Numbered from the stretch's first letter, positions 1-14,515 are shown. The stretch is 64,000 bases of DNA from Octopus vulgaris (GCA_951406725.2 OX597836.1:1116001-1180000); one strand, 5' to 3'. Made by a program: numbers and translations. The notes: generated by a model from the sequence alone, not told the origin.

Positions 1-126
1 TCTTTGTGTGTGTGTGGAGGGGGGGGGGGGGTATGTACGAAGCCTTCAACGTGAAGTACTTTATGGTATGAAGAACCTTCGCATTGACGACTCAGAAAAC
101 TAACCCCTGTGTTGCTGCTGCTGCTA

Positions 127-162
<36 letters not shown>

Positions 163-264
163 TTTCTATTTCTACAAATAGTTTCTGACTTCAGCACAAA
201 ACCTAGAAACTTGAGGGCGAAGGATGAGGGACATAATAATAATAATAATAATAATGATAATAAT

Positions 265-462
265 AGTTTCAAATTTTGCCACAAGGGCAGCAATATTGGG
301 GGAGGAGATGCGTCGATTCAACTAGTACTTAATTAATCGACCCCGAAAGGACGAAAGGCAAAATCGACCTCGGCGGAATTTGAACTCAGGCGAAATACCC
401 CTAAGCGAAATACCACTAAGCATTTCGCCCACCGTGCAAACGGTTCTGCCAGCTCGCCGCCT

Positions 463-463
<1 letters not shown>
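265..463 (-). mobile_element. tRNA-derived SINE, family A
   Basis: Reverse complement reads GGCGGCGAGCTGGCAGAA (A-box) ... GAGTTCAAATTCC (B-box) ... GCCTTTCGTCCTTTCGGGGTCGAT; matches the full-length copy at 37812-38050. Confidence 0.85.
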
Positions 464-497
<34 letters not shown>

Positions 498-532
498 ATA
501 CTACTACTACTAATAATCCTTCAAAGTGCTCG

Positions 533-672
533 ACAGGTAATTATTTTATCGATCCTGAAAGGTGAAAGGCAAAGTCGATCTCGGTGGAGTATGAACTAAG
601 AACGTAGCGACAGACGAAATGCTGCTAAGCATTTTGCCCGGTGTGCTAGCAAGTCTGCCAGCTCTCTGCCTT
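533..672 (-). mobile_element. SINE family A, diverged copy
   Basis: Same head and GTCGAC/CCTTTC core as 37812-38050; flanked by (TAA)n. Confidence 0.8.
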
Positions 673-1366
673 TAATAATAATAATAATTATTATTATTAT
701 TATTATTATTATTATAACAACAACAATAATTAAATACTGCAATAACAAGAATAGTGAGAAAATGGGTGAACAAAACTCTTTCCTTTTTCTCCATTCTACT
801 GAATTCTATTTATTTTAAACTAAACCCCCACCCATAACTCACCATCTTCTCCACTAATTAAGTTTTTTTTTCCTCATTGTGTTTTAAAGAAGAATTCCTA
901 AGCAGGCGGCGGCTTTTTTTCCTTCGCTCGCGAAAGTTCCTCAAATCGTCTGTCCATATAATTCCAGAGAAAAGCAGACGACCACCCAACATGGCTGATT
1001 CAGACAAGAACGAGATAAACGGAGAGAAAGAAGTAAAACAAAACAGAACAACGCAGAGAAATGAAGAGGAAATGAAACGGTTAGAAAAATACACTAAAAT
1101 AATCCACTTCCTCCTCATTTTATGCCCTGTCTCTTTTTTTCTTTCTGAGGCATTTTAAACCAGTTTTAATTTCACTGGTACAACCCCCTATACTCACCAA
1201 TCTCTCACTTTCTTAGAAATAGAAATGTGCGTTTGTGTGTGAGAGAGAGAGAGAGAGAGAAAGAGAGAAAGAGAGAGAGAGAGAAGAAATATGTTGTTAA
1301 TTTACGTTTTGCTCTTTTGAATATGTACTTTTATTCAATACTTATCGATCTATCTATCTATGACTG

Positions 1367-1399
<33 letters not shown>

Positions 1400-1809
1400 A
1401 TACATATATAGACAGACTATCTATATATGTATATGTCTTACATGAAACGAAGTACTACTTACAGACTATAATCATTTGTCTGGACAAGAAGCGGACAATG
1501 GTAAAAGGGTCTAAACACACACACAAACACACACAAAAATAAATAAAAAGAAATGTTCGCCGATGCGTGAAGAATTTTAGAGGAAAAGATTAGATGGAAA
1601 TGGCAATGAACATATACTGGTCATACATCATGATTTCTAAAGGGGTTGGTGAGGGTGGGTGTAGATATTTATATCAATATGTGCATGCAGAAATAAACGG
1701 TATACGCAGGCTCACACAGAAATCGGCAGAGGTACTGACTTTTAAAGCATGTCCGTGTATGTGTGTATGCGTATACATACATACATATTATATATATATG
1801 TATATATAT

Positions 1810-1997
1810 TACTTGTTTCAGTCATTAAACGACGGCCATGCAGCAGCAGTACCATCCTGAAGACTTTTACCAGAACGAATCGACCCCAGTACTTACTTCA
1901 TGTAAAGCTGATACTTATTCTATGGGCCTGTTTCACCGAGCAGCTAGGTTACGGGGACGTAAACTCACCAACACCGTTAGGGACAAACACAGACACC
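1810..1997 (-). mobile_element. SINE family B, 3' half
   Basis: GTTTCAGTCATT...GGCCATGC tail and GTTACGGGGACGTAAAC body shared with 59094-59434 and 45355-45730. Confidence 0.7.
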
Positions 1998-2069
1998 GTA
2001 ATACATGAACACACAGAAAAACACCCACCCACTCATACCATCCACCACCCATATATATTTTATACCCAT

Positions 2070-2355
2070 TTATACTTCACCTTTGGAAACATTGGCGTTT
2101 CGTTCAATATCCTTAAACAACCCTTATTCAAGGACTGTTTGAGTGGGATGGGTTACACGACCTGAAGAAAATTCTAACTGGGGCCCACCTGCAAGGTCAT
2201 GCGCTGTTTTTCGTGATAGGAGAACACCATGTCGCGCACATATGGTTGTGATGCATGTGATTGGTGTACACTTATCAGACGAGTAGTCATGATGGGTACA
2301 TTGGGTTTCATTTTCTTGTATTCTAGTGTCAGTTTTATAGTATGCACTGCTCTCT
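2070..2355 (-). repeat. Interspersed repeat family C (unclassified)
   Basis: Reverse complement of part of 6700-7000 (AAGCCCAGTATACCCATCATGACTAC...GACCTTGCAGGTGGGG...GAATAAGGGTTGTTTAAGGATATTGAACGAAAC). Confidence 0.8.
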
Positions 2356-2373
2356 CACTCGATAACAATAATG

Positions 2374-2423
<50 letters not shown>

Positions 2424-2429
2424 TACTAT

Positions 2430-2570
2430 TATTTGGAAGGGAGAGTAAAAGTCGATTACATTGACCCAGTCCTTGACTGGTACTTATTTCATGGACCCCG
2501 AAAGGATGAAAGAAAAATCGACCGCGGCGGAAGATGAACTCAGAAAGTATAGGGCAAAAAGAAATCCCGC
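2430..2570 (-). mobile_element. SINE family A, degenerate
   Basis: AAGTCGATTACATTGACCCAG...CCCCGAAAGGATGAAAG...GAACTCAG. Confidence 0.65.
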
Positions 2571-3526
2571 AAAGGAGCTGGATTTGGTGAATTGTGTGGC
2601 CCTTAGAATTGGAAGTTTTTTTACCCCAGGAGGAATGAAAGTCAATGCTTCCTTGCCGGCACTTAATAGAGAACGCGAAGAGCTGGAATAAATATTTAAA
2701 GGCTTTAACGAATTTGCCAATCTATAGCCCTAGCAACAACAACAACAACAACACACACAACAACCGCAACAACAACAGCAATAATTCAGAATCCGTGAAA
2801 CAACAACAACAATAACAAGTATGATCATGTAATAACGTGTGGCGAAATGGCGGAGGATCTTTCAGATGTTTTGCCACATTATATTACATAATAGCCACAA
2901 ACACTGATTCGCGAAGTTCTTGAAGTTCTTCCGTTGGTATTGCAATATTCTTTAATAAAGCAGATATTGAAAGAATCACAGAGATTCTCCTATCAAAGAA
3001 CCGTTGAAAGAATTATGATGGAATAAAATTACGGTTCTTTTGCCGTGGGGAAAGGTGGGGAGAGAGAATGCGTCCATTCTGAGAGTTTGTTTAATATCAA
3101 AGGATTGTGTTTGAACGGACAAAGAAAGCAGAAGGAGAGGAAGAGGGGTGAGAGTCGGGGAGAACGATAAAGAGATAGACAGAGAAACAGTGCTTGGGTT
3201 AGAGAGAGAGAAAGAGAGGGAGAGAGAGAGGGAGAGAGAGAGAGGGAGAGAGAGAATCGGGAAAGGAGATATTGAAGTAGACATGTTGAACGATAGACAT
3301 TCTCGCATACACTGAGTTGCACATACATCGAATTACACTTGCATAACATAATAACATAAACGCACGCACACACACTCACTAGCACACACACACATACACA
3401 CATTATTACATAATTATTTACTATACTCTATGATGTAAGGTGCCTTTTTTTACACAGACACACATCAAAATACCTTTATACATATCTCTGCCTCTTAACG
3501 TTTCATTACATACATATGCACACGTT

Positions 3527-3557
<31 letters not shown>

Positions 3558-4151
3558 AAGTATATATATTCATATATGTATTTGTGTGTGTATATGTATG
3601 TTTACATGCATAGATATATGCATTCATGTGTGAATGGGCGCTTAGTCATGCATGTGTATGTTTTTCGGAAGAAAAATGCTTGATGGTGAATATAGGTGTA
3701 AAAGTGTGTGTGTATATCTGTATGCATACACACACACACACACACACGCACACACGCAGATATGCTCACACTCACAAACAAACACGTACCTTTACATGCA
3801 CACACACACACACACACATACTCAAAAACAGCCTAGAAATCCGATTGTTTTCCAAACATTCTTTATTAAAGACTCAACTTTGCTGCAGTTGATTCTTTAA
3901 TAAAGATTCTTTATTAACTTCTCTCTTCGGGTTCTTTCTGTCAACAGCGAAACCATAACTTTATGAAGACCAAATATACGGGACCCAGTGAACGGGAATC
4001 AAGTTGGTTTATTAGACAGAAATACATGGCGACTGTGAATTCGAAAGCTTCTACCTACCTTTCTCCCTATCTACCTATCCCTCCATCCATCCGTTTTCTC
4101 TCTCTCTCTTTACCTATCTACCTCTCTCTCTCTCTCTTTACCCCTCTCTCC

Positions 4152-4214
<63 letters not shown>

Positions 4215-4607
4215 CCTCTATCTACTTCTCACTCTCTCTATCTATCCATGTGTGTGTGCTTGTGTGTGTGTGTGTGCGTTTCTTTCAAATATTAGATTAC
4301 AGCCCTTATTATTGCAGCAGAAATCTTACTCCCGATTTTCCTTTTTGTTTTAGAGTTCAGCCTGTAAGTAGAAAGGTTTTATTCCCCGGAGTAATTAGGG
4401 GGAAATGACGTCCTTTATCAACCATTCGAAGAATGAAGATGGTCTCGGCTTTGATTTTATTTATTTCTTAAATTACAGAATAAAAACAATAACAACAACA
4501 ATTACTTCATAAATACGACCCATTTCTTTCCTTTGTACAAGAAATTAAGGAATCCAGAGATGCATGTGAATATGCATGTATGTATATCCATCTATCTATA
4601 TATATAT

Positions 4608-4838
4608 ATTTCTTTATTACCCACAAGGGGCTAAACATAGAGGGGACAAACAAGGACAGACAAAGGGATTAAGTCGATTACATCGACCCCAGTACGTAAC
4701 TGGTACTTAATTTATCGACCCCGAAAGGATGAAAGGCAAAGTCGATCTCGGCGGAATTTGAACCCAGAACGTAACGGTAGACGAAATACGGCTATGCATT
4801 TCACCCGGTGCGTTAACGTTTCTGCCATCTCGCCGCCT
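4608..4838 (-). mobile_element. SINE family A, full length
   Basis: Colinear with the reverse complement of 37814-38045 including the CCCCTTGTGGG tail. Confidence 0.9.
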
Positions 4839-5085
4839 CTCTCTCTCTCTCTCTCTGTATATCTATATATATATATATATATACATATATATATACATGT
4901 ATATACATAGACCCTCCCAAAACTATGTACCAATATTTAAGCGTTATTAGATTTCCTATGAAGGAAGCAAACAAATACCAATCTAAGTGATCCCTACAAA
5001 CCTTGAATCCACAAACACTTTACAAAAATGAAGGAAAACTCAGAAGAACGAGTCTAAGAACTTCACAATCGAGCACAATGAATGA

Positions 5086-5133
<48 letters not shown>

Positions 5134-5454
5134 ATATATTTATAATTTTCGCATTGGAAAAGCGAAGCGGAAGATGGGCAGAATTGGAAATTCCAGCAGT
5201 GGTATTTAATTGCTTGTTATAATATTCTGGGTTCAAATCTCACTCCTATTGAGTTTGAAAATTTATTCCCCTGGGGACAACAAAGTAAATAACTTTTAAA
5301 AATTGCTATTAATTAAATAGTCTGCTCCAAGTTTACTGGGAGATTTGTAGCGTATGTAATGTTTATGCATTTGTCCATGTTTTATGTGTGTGTATATATA
5401 TATATATGTGTATGTGTATTTGTGTGTGTGTGTATGTATATATTTATATATATA

Positions 5455-5756
5455 CTAGCAGTATCGCCCGGCGTTGCTCGGGTTTGTAAGGAAAATAACT
5501 ATATAAGCATTTTTAGAGAGTTACTTCCCTTATATAATAGCAAAAAATTCATTAAAAATGGGAAAAAATGATGGTAAATTTTTTTTTAAATCGTAGACTC
5601 ATCGTAGACGCGCGCTAATACCCAGAAGGGCTCTATATGAATCACGACTATAAGATACCCGCTTTTGGTTAAACTGCACCGCAAAATGTGGGAGTAGTTA
5701 GGAATCTAAATCGTAGGAGACAGACACTCACACAACTTCACTTTTATATATAAAGT
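5455..5756 (-). mobile_element. Non-autonomous Helitron-like element (~300 bp)
   Basis: Minus strand starts CTTTATATATAAAAGTG and ends with a GC hairpin CCCG-AGCAACGC-CGGG followed by ...TGCTAG|T (CTRR terminus); inserted in (TA)n with no TSD. Confidence 0.7.
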
Positions 5757-5778
5757 TATATGTGTGTGTGTGTGCATG

Positions 5779-5827
<49 letters not shown>

Positions 5828-6630
5828 ATATATACATGTATGTGTGTGTGTGTGTGTTTGATGAAAATATATAAAACCCCTAAGAGTTAGAAAAACAGGT
5901 AAACGTATAGCGCAGCGAACAGGGTTTATTAGTTAAGAACTGACAGAATTGAGATCTTTGACGTTTCAAGCTTAGAGGGAGGAAAGAAAAGAGGAAAAAG
6001 ATGGAGAGAGGGAGAGCTGTTTGAGTAAGCGGTGTAGCGTGTTGAACTGACCGGAAGGGAGAAGAAGGGACTGACGGCGTGGGGGCCATGGGAGGCAACA
6101 GTGACCTAGTCACATGTTTCCCTATGTGAGGATCATGCATTTGTGTATATGTGTGTATGGACGAGTGTATGTGGGAGTATAAAGATTATGTGAGTGTGTG
6201 TATGTGCATGCATTAAAACGGGTGTGTGTGTTGTAGGGGGTGTATGTGGGTCGACCTGGATAGATGCATCGGGAGCAATACGAGGGGATGATGGAAAGTC
6301 CCTGTATTTGGACAAGAGAATACAGAAGGATCAGTTTATGATAGAATTACACATATTTCCTTTGCAGATTCACATATTTCTGCAGCGGTCCTTCAGATTT
6401 TGTAAGCCCCGCAAAAGCACACGGCAGGTTGGGCCTCCAAACAGGCCTTTCGCGATACTCTTAAAACCAGGAATCGCTCAGCATCTCTTGTAGAGGTGAC
6501 AAAGGATGAAGAGATCGAGAGATGGAGGTGCATGCAACTGTGGATGTAGGAAAGGAAGTCGAAGCGTTGGTGTCTGTGTGTGTGGAGTGATGTGTGTGTT
6601 TACGTATGTATGTATACACACACACACACA

Positions 6631-6679
<49 letters not shown>

Positions 6680-6699
6680 GCATGCATGTATACATGTAT

Positions 6700-7225
6700 G
6701 TATGAGACAACAGTGCATGCCATCAAAGTAACACTGGGGTAAAAATATATGAAGCCCAGTATACCCATCATGACTACCCGTCTTATAAGGGTACACCAGG
6801 CACATGCATCACAACCATATATGCGCGACACGGTGATCTCATATCAAGATTAACAGCACATGACCTTGCAGGTGGGGACCAGTTAGAATTTTCTTCTGGT
6901 CGAGTGGCTCATTTTGCTCAAAAGGTCCTTGAATAAGGGTTGTTTAAGGATATTGAACGAAACACCAATGTTTACAAAGGTGAATTATCCAAACTCCAAA
7001 TAATTACTCTAAAAACATAGCTATGATGCCCCTCCCCCACTGTTCCTGCTCGTGATTAGAGATTTGCATATCATCAGCCACCAAGGGAGATGCTCAACTG
7101 GTTAAGATCAAACAACTGACAAGCAAATCTGTGGTATTGAGCAGAATATTTGCTGTAGCCCATCTTTTATACCAAGACAAAACAATGTACATGATAACAC
7201 TTCCAATCACTTAAAATCAGAAGCC
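6700..7225 (+). repeat. Interspersed repeat family C (longer copy)
   Basis: Homologous in inverted orientation to 2070-2355; bounded by microsatellites. Confidence 0.75.
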
Positions 7226-7896
7226 TATGTATGTATGTCTATATGTATGCATGTGTGTATGTATTATGTGTACATGTATATATGAATGTATGTATGTGTA
7301 TAATTATGTATGTATGCATGCATGTATGCAAGTATATATGTATGAATGTGTGTGTGTATCTATGTATGTTTACACGTATGAGTGTATGTGGTGTGTGTGT
7401 CTATAATTTGCCGTGATTGTTTTGATTGAAATGCGTTAGACGGAATCAAGGTTAGTTTACCTGTAGTTCAATGGTTTGATTAGCCACACACTGGTCTACG
7501 TTGATTGAGACAGGACCCCCCCCTCCACAAAACTAATCAAAACAAAACGAAACAATAAACGTTAGGACTGTAGGTGTGTCTGGAATATTCGGCCAGTTTA
7601 TTGCTTATTCAATGGCAATCCTGGTGAGTTGTACGAGCAAAAGTCTGGTCATCGGTGAATTCGATGCAGTAAACATCAGACTCAATCCCACAATTATTGT
7701 CATCGCCGCCACCATCACCACCACCACTGCCATGACTAAGACGACGACGACGACAACGGTCACCATCAGCCGACTCCACCACCGCCACAACATCATCATC
7801 ATCATCATCGTGGTCGCCATTTTCAATATATTCATCTCCATCCTTCTCTTTCTACCTCCCCCTCCACAGATATATGTGTGTTTATATATATATATT

Positions 7897-7931
<35 letters not shown>

Positions 7932-7962
7932 AGAAGGTTGAAAAGGAACACACGAGTTGATA

Positions 7963-8314
7963 TATATAAGGAAAAAAGTCAAGGTAGAAAATGCTAAAAT
8001 AATTTTATCATAAAAACATTTCAGTTCCGGTTTCAGACATCGAGACTTTTTCAATTCTAAGTATGGAAAAACATTAAATTTTGGAAAAGTTTTTTAAAAG
8101 AATATTTGTATAGTATTCAACTACAAGGGACATTTTCCTTGTTTCTACCCGTCTCTGTCTCGCTTCTTTACTCTTGTGGCGGGAGATCGTTATGAATTAT
8201 TGGCAGAGATCCATACTTATATTTGAAAAAGTCTCAATGGTGGAAACCGGTACTAAAATGTTTTCTATGATAAAATTATTTTAGCATTTTCTACCTTGAA
8301 TTTTCCCTTATATA
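7963..8314. mobile_element. Inverted-arm element (arms ~7963-8067 and ~8210-8314), PLE-like or MITE-like
   Basis: Left TCAAGGTAGAAAATGCTAAAATAATTTTATCATA...GAGACTTTTTCAA...AAGTATGGA is the reverse complement of right TCCATACTT...TTGAAAAAGTCTC...TATGATAAAATTATTTTAGCATTTTCTACCTTGA; sits in (TA)n. Confidence 0.75.
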
Positions 8315-10683
<2,369 letters not shown>

Positions 10684-11084
10684 TGTCGTGAAGTTGGTTC
10701 ATCTGGGACACCTGACAGGAAGAGATCCAGCTTCATTTTAAAGACATCTGTATCCACCCCATGCAGGTCTCTTAGGTTCTTCGGGAGGATATTGAAGAGC
10801 TGTGGGCCTCGGAAGCCCAGGCAATCACAGAATCTTGTCCTACATCTTGATGGCAAGTTTGGAGCCCTAGGCACCACGCAGTGGCGCCCAGTTCTGGCAT
10901 TAGCGTAACTCTCGAAGCCAACTCTCGATTGTGCCTCTGGGATTGCAATCCCTCCGGGTCCAGTGTATATATATATATACATACATACACATATGCAGAT
11001 ACATACACATATATACACACATACACACGTATATACATATATATATGTATACATATACACACATATACACACATGTATGTATAT

Positions 11085-11129
<45 letters not shown>

Positions 11130-11521
11130 CATGTGTGTATATGTGTGTATATGTATACATATATATATGTATATACGTGTGTATGTGTGTATATATGTAT
11201 ATGTATCTGCATATGTGTATGTATGTATATATATATATACACTGGACCCGGAGGGATTGCAATCCCAGAGGCACAATCGAGAGTTGGCTTCGAGAGTTAC
11301 GCTAATGCCAGAACTGGGCGCCACTGCGTGGTGCCTAGGACTCCAATCTTGCCATCAAGATGTAGGACAAGATTCTGTGATTGCCTGGGCTTCCGAGACC
11401 CACAGCTCTTCAATATCCTCCCGAAGAACCTAAGAGACCTGCATGGGGTGGATACAGATGTCTTTAAAATGAAGCTGGGTCTCTTCCTGTCAGGTGTCCC
11501 AGATGAACCAACTTGACGACA
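10684..11521. repeat. 838-bp near-perfect palindrome (foldback), centre 11102/11103
   Basis: Paired positions sum to 22205 (CAGTG 10961-10965 vs CACTG 11240-11244; TGTCGT 10684 vs ACGACA 11521); about 6 substitutions outside the central (TA)n. Confidence 0.95.
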
Positions 11522-11682
11522 GGAGGGGCAGATGAGGGCAGCTGCATCGAACTCTCTCATGCACCAAATAGCAGTTGCTAGACAGCCTTCATGAAGTGAA
11601 ACCAAGTAGCAACACCAAATGGCGGTGCCTCAGCATGGCCACAGCTCATAAGCTGAAACTAGAATCAATCAATCAATCAATC
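11240..11682 (+). mobile_element. 5'-truncated CR1/L2-group LINE 3' end (ORF2 C-terminus, 3' UTR, (ATCA)n tail)
   Basis: Translation GFR(G/D)[14 protein letters not shown]...FKMKL(D/G)LFL..VPDEP fits the LFN-LP...FK..LD C-terminal motif of CR1/L2-type ORF2; tail ends GAAACTAGA(ATCA)n. Confidence 0.75.
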
Positions 11683-11968
11683 ATATATATATACACATAT
11701 ATACATATACATATATATATACACATATATACATATACATATATATATATACAGATCTATATACATATATTTATATACATATCTATATACATATATCTAT
11801 ATACATATATATATACGTACATATATATATACATACATATACATACATATACATACATACATACATACATAAAATATATATATATATATATACATATATA
11901 CAGAATGAGAGAAAGAATGATATTTGTACATATATGTACTTATATGTAAATATATTTACAGACATACA

Positions 11969-12020
<52 letters not shown>

Positions 12021-12569
12021 CACACATGCACACAGATATATGTATGTATGTAAATGTGTATGTATATATATATGTAAAACAATATGCGGTGTGTGTGTGT
12101 GTGAAATGTCAGTTTGAGACAGAGTATTGCAGTTTAATAAGCAAGAATCTGTTTTTAAAAGTCTATTAATAGCGACATTAGCAAATATAATGAGAAGCAC
12201 ATGCGTTGCCCTGGCGTTTAGATGGAGGCTGATAGAATGGCATTAGACACACGTGTGTGTGAGTGTATACATGGCTGCACACACAGACACGCAATCACAA
12301 CAGTCACATAGACATACATACCGAAACACTCTTGGAAACAGACACACACACATACACACATGTTGATACATATATTTTATGTAGAGACATAAGTGTGTAT
12401 ATATATAAAGATATGTATATATATATATGTTGATATATAATATATGTTGATATATATATCTTTATGTTGGTATATACATATATGTGTGTATACATTTAAT
12501 ATATATGATATATATGTATATCTAATGTATTTGTGTTTGTGTGTGTATATGCGTGTATATATCTATATA

Positions 12570-12616
<47 letters not shown>

Positions 12617-13069
12617 AATGAATAATGTTTTTTTTGTATACACACACACACACACATAATATTGCGTGTGTATATCTAAGCATATTCCTGTTCGTATACT
12701 GACAGATAGAAATTTATACATACATAACCACACACAAGTATACGTATGATGCATGTGGATACGTATCTATGAATTTATGTAATATGCAATAATGTATTAT
12801 ATATTTATATTCATATATGTGTATACAACGTTCTAGTATTCCCCGTGTATTGTGAATTTATTTAGAGTGTGCAGAGCGGTGAATTAAGAGATTAAGAGTC
12901 TGCGAGTGACAATTAAACAGTAAGCCACGGCCGGAAATCTACCGACGGATTTCTCTTTCATTCAGCTTTTATAGACCCCCCCCCACCACCACTTTCACAT
13001 TTTTTTACAATTATGTGCACATAACCATTTATATACGCTCATATCTATCTATCTATGTATCTTTCTGTG

Positions 13070-13100
<31 letters not shown>

Positions 13101-13620
13101 GTATCTATGTATCTTTCTGTGTATCTATCTATCTATCTATCTATCTATCTACTTACCTACCTATCAGTCTGTTTGTCTCTGCACCTGCTAACTTGTTTCT
13201 CTGTCTCTTTATGTATATATACATATATATATTTATGCATAGATGCATGCACACACATACACATATGTACATACTAACTGAATTATACAGTAGGGTTTAT
13301 TTCCAGTTCCCTTTCGCATTACCCTGTTTCATGTCCTACCCGGTTCCCTGTTCATTTCTCGTTCTGGTTCCGCTCCTATTCGTATCCCTAATCCTATGTC
13401 AATATATACATTTTAGAATCAGTTAGGTGTAATTAAACCATTAAATATTTTATTCACCTTTATGATAATAGTTTACTGCTAAAAATAGGTATTACAGTCT
13501 ATTAATACGATTAGTGGGTGAATAAGGAATCTCTATATTCTTTTAACAAGTGAATATGCATGTGAGTAAAATAAATGAGTTGAACGGTAATAGGGAGAAA
13601 GAAGGAGGTTATTCCCAGTT

Positions 13621-14318
13621 CCCGTTTACCATTGCACTGTCCCATGTCCTATCCCGTGTCCCGTTTACCATTGCACTGTCCCATGTCCTATCCCGTGTCC
13701 CGTTTACCATTGCAATGTCCCATGTCCTATCCCGTGTCCCGTTTACCATTGCACTGTCCCATGTCCTATCCCATGTCCCGTTTACCATTGCACTGTCCCA
13801 TGTCCTATCCCGTGTCCCGTTTACCATTGCACTGTCCCATGTCCTATCCCGTGTCCCGTTTACCATTGCACTGTCCCATGTCCCATGACCTATCCAGTGT
13901 CCCGTTAACCATTGCACTGTCTCATGTCCTATCCCGTGCCCCGTTTACCATTGCACTGTCCCATGTCCTATCCCATGTCCCGTTTACCATTGCACTGTCC
14001 CATGTCCTATCCCATGTCCCGTTTACCATTGCACTGTCCCATGTCCTATCCCGTGTCCCGTTTACCATTGCACTGTCCCATGTCCTATCCCGTGTCCCGT
14101 TTACCATTGCACTGTCCCATGTCCTAACCCGTGTCCCGTTTACCATTGCACTGTCCCATGTCCTATCCCATGTCCCGTTTACCATTGCACTGTCCCATGT
14201 CCTATCCCATGTCCCGTTTACCATTGCACTGTCCCATGTCCTATCCCGTGTCCCGTTTACCATTGCACTGTCCCATGTCCTATCCCGTGTCCCATTGCAC
14301 TGTCCCATGTCCTATCCC
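13621..14318. repeat. 39-bp minisatellite, ~18 copies
   Basis: Unit CCCGTTTACCATTGCACTGTCCCATGTCCTATCCCGTGT at 13621, 13660, 13699 and onward; one 46-bp variant at 13855. Confidence 0.97.
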
Positions 14319-14332
14319 TGCAGACACGAACC

Positions 14333-14515
14333 GTTGAGATGGCAGAGTCATTGGCGCGCCGGGCAAAATACAGCATTTGCTCTTTCTCTACGTTCAGAGT
14401 TCAAATTCCGCCGAGGTCGACTTTGCCTTTCATCAATTCGGGAGCGATAAAATAAGTAACCGACTTGTATTCTCTCCCGAAATGGCTGGGGTCGTACCGC
14501 CATTTGAAATGAATA
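14333..14515 (+). mobile_element. SINE family A
   Basis: GAGTTCAAATTCCGCCGAGGTCGACTTTGCCTTTCATC. Confidence 0.85.

Noticed and set aside
13621-14318. CRISPR-like appearance or repetitive protein
   Set aside because: Units are contiguous with no unique spacers, no cas genes, eukaryotic context; open frames follow from the 39-bp period
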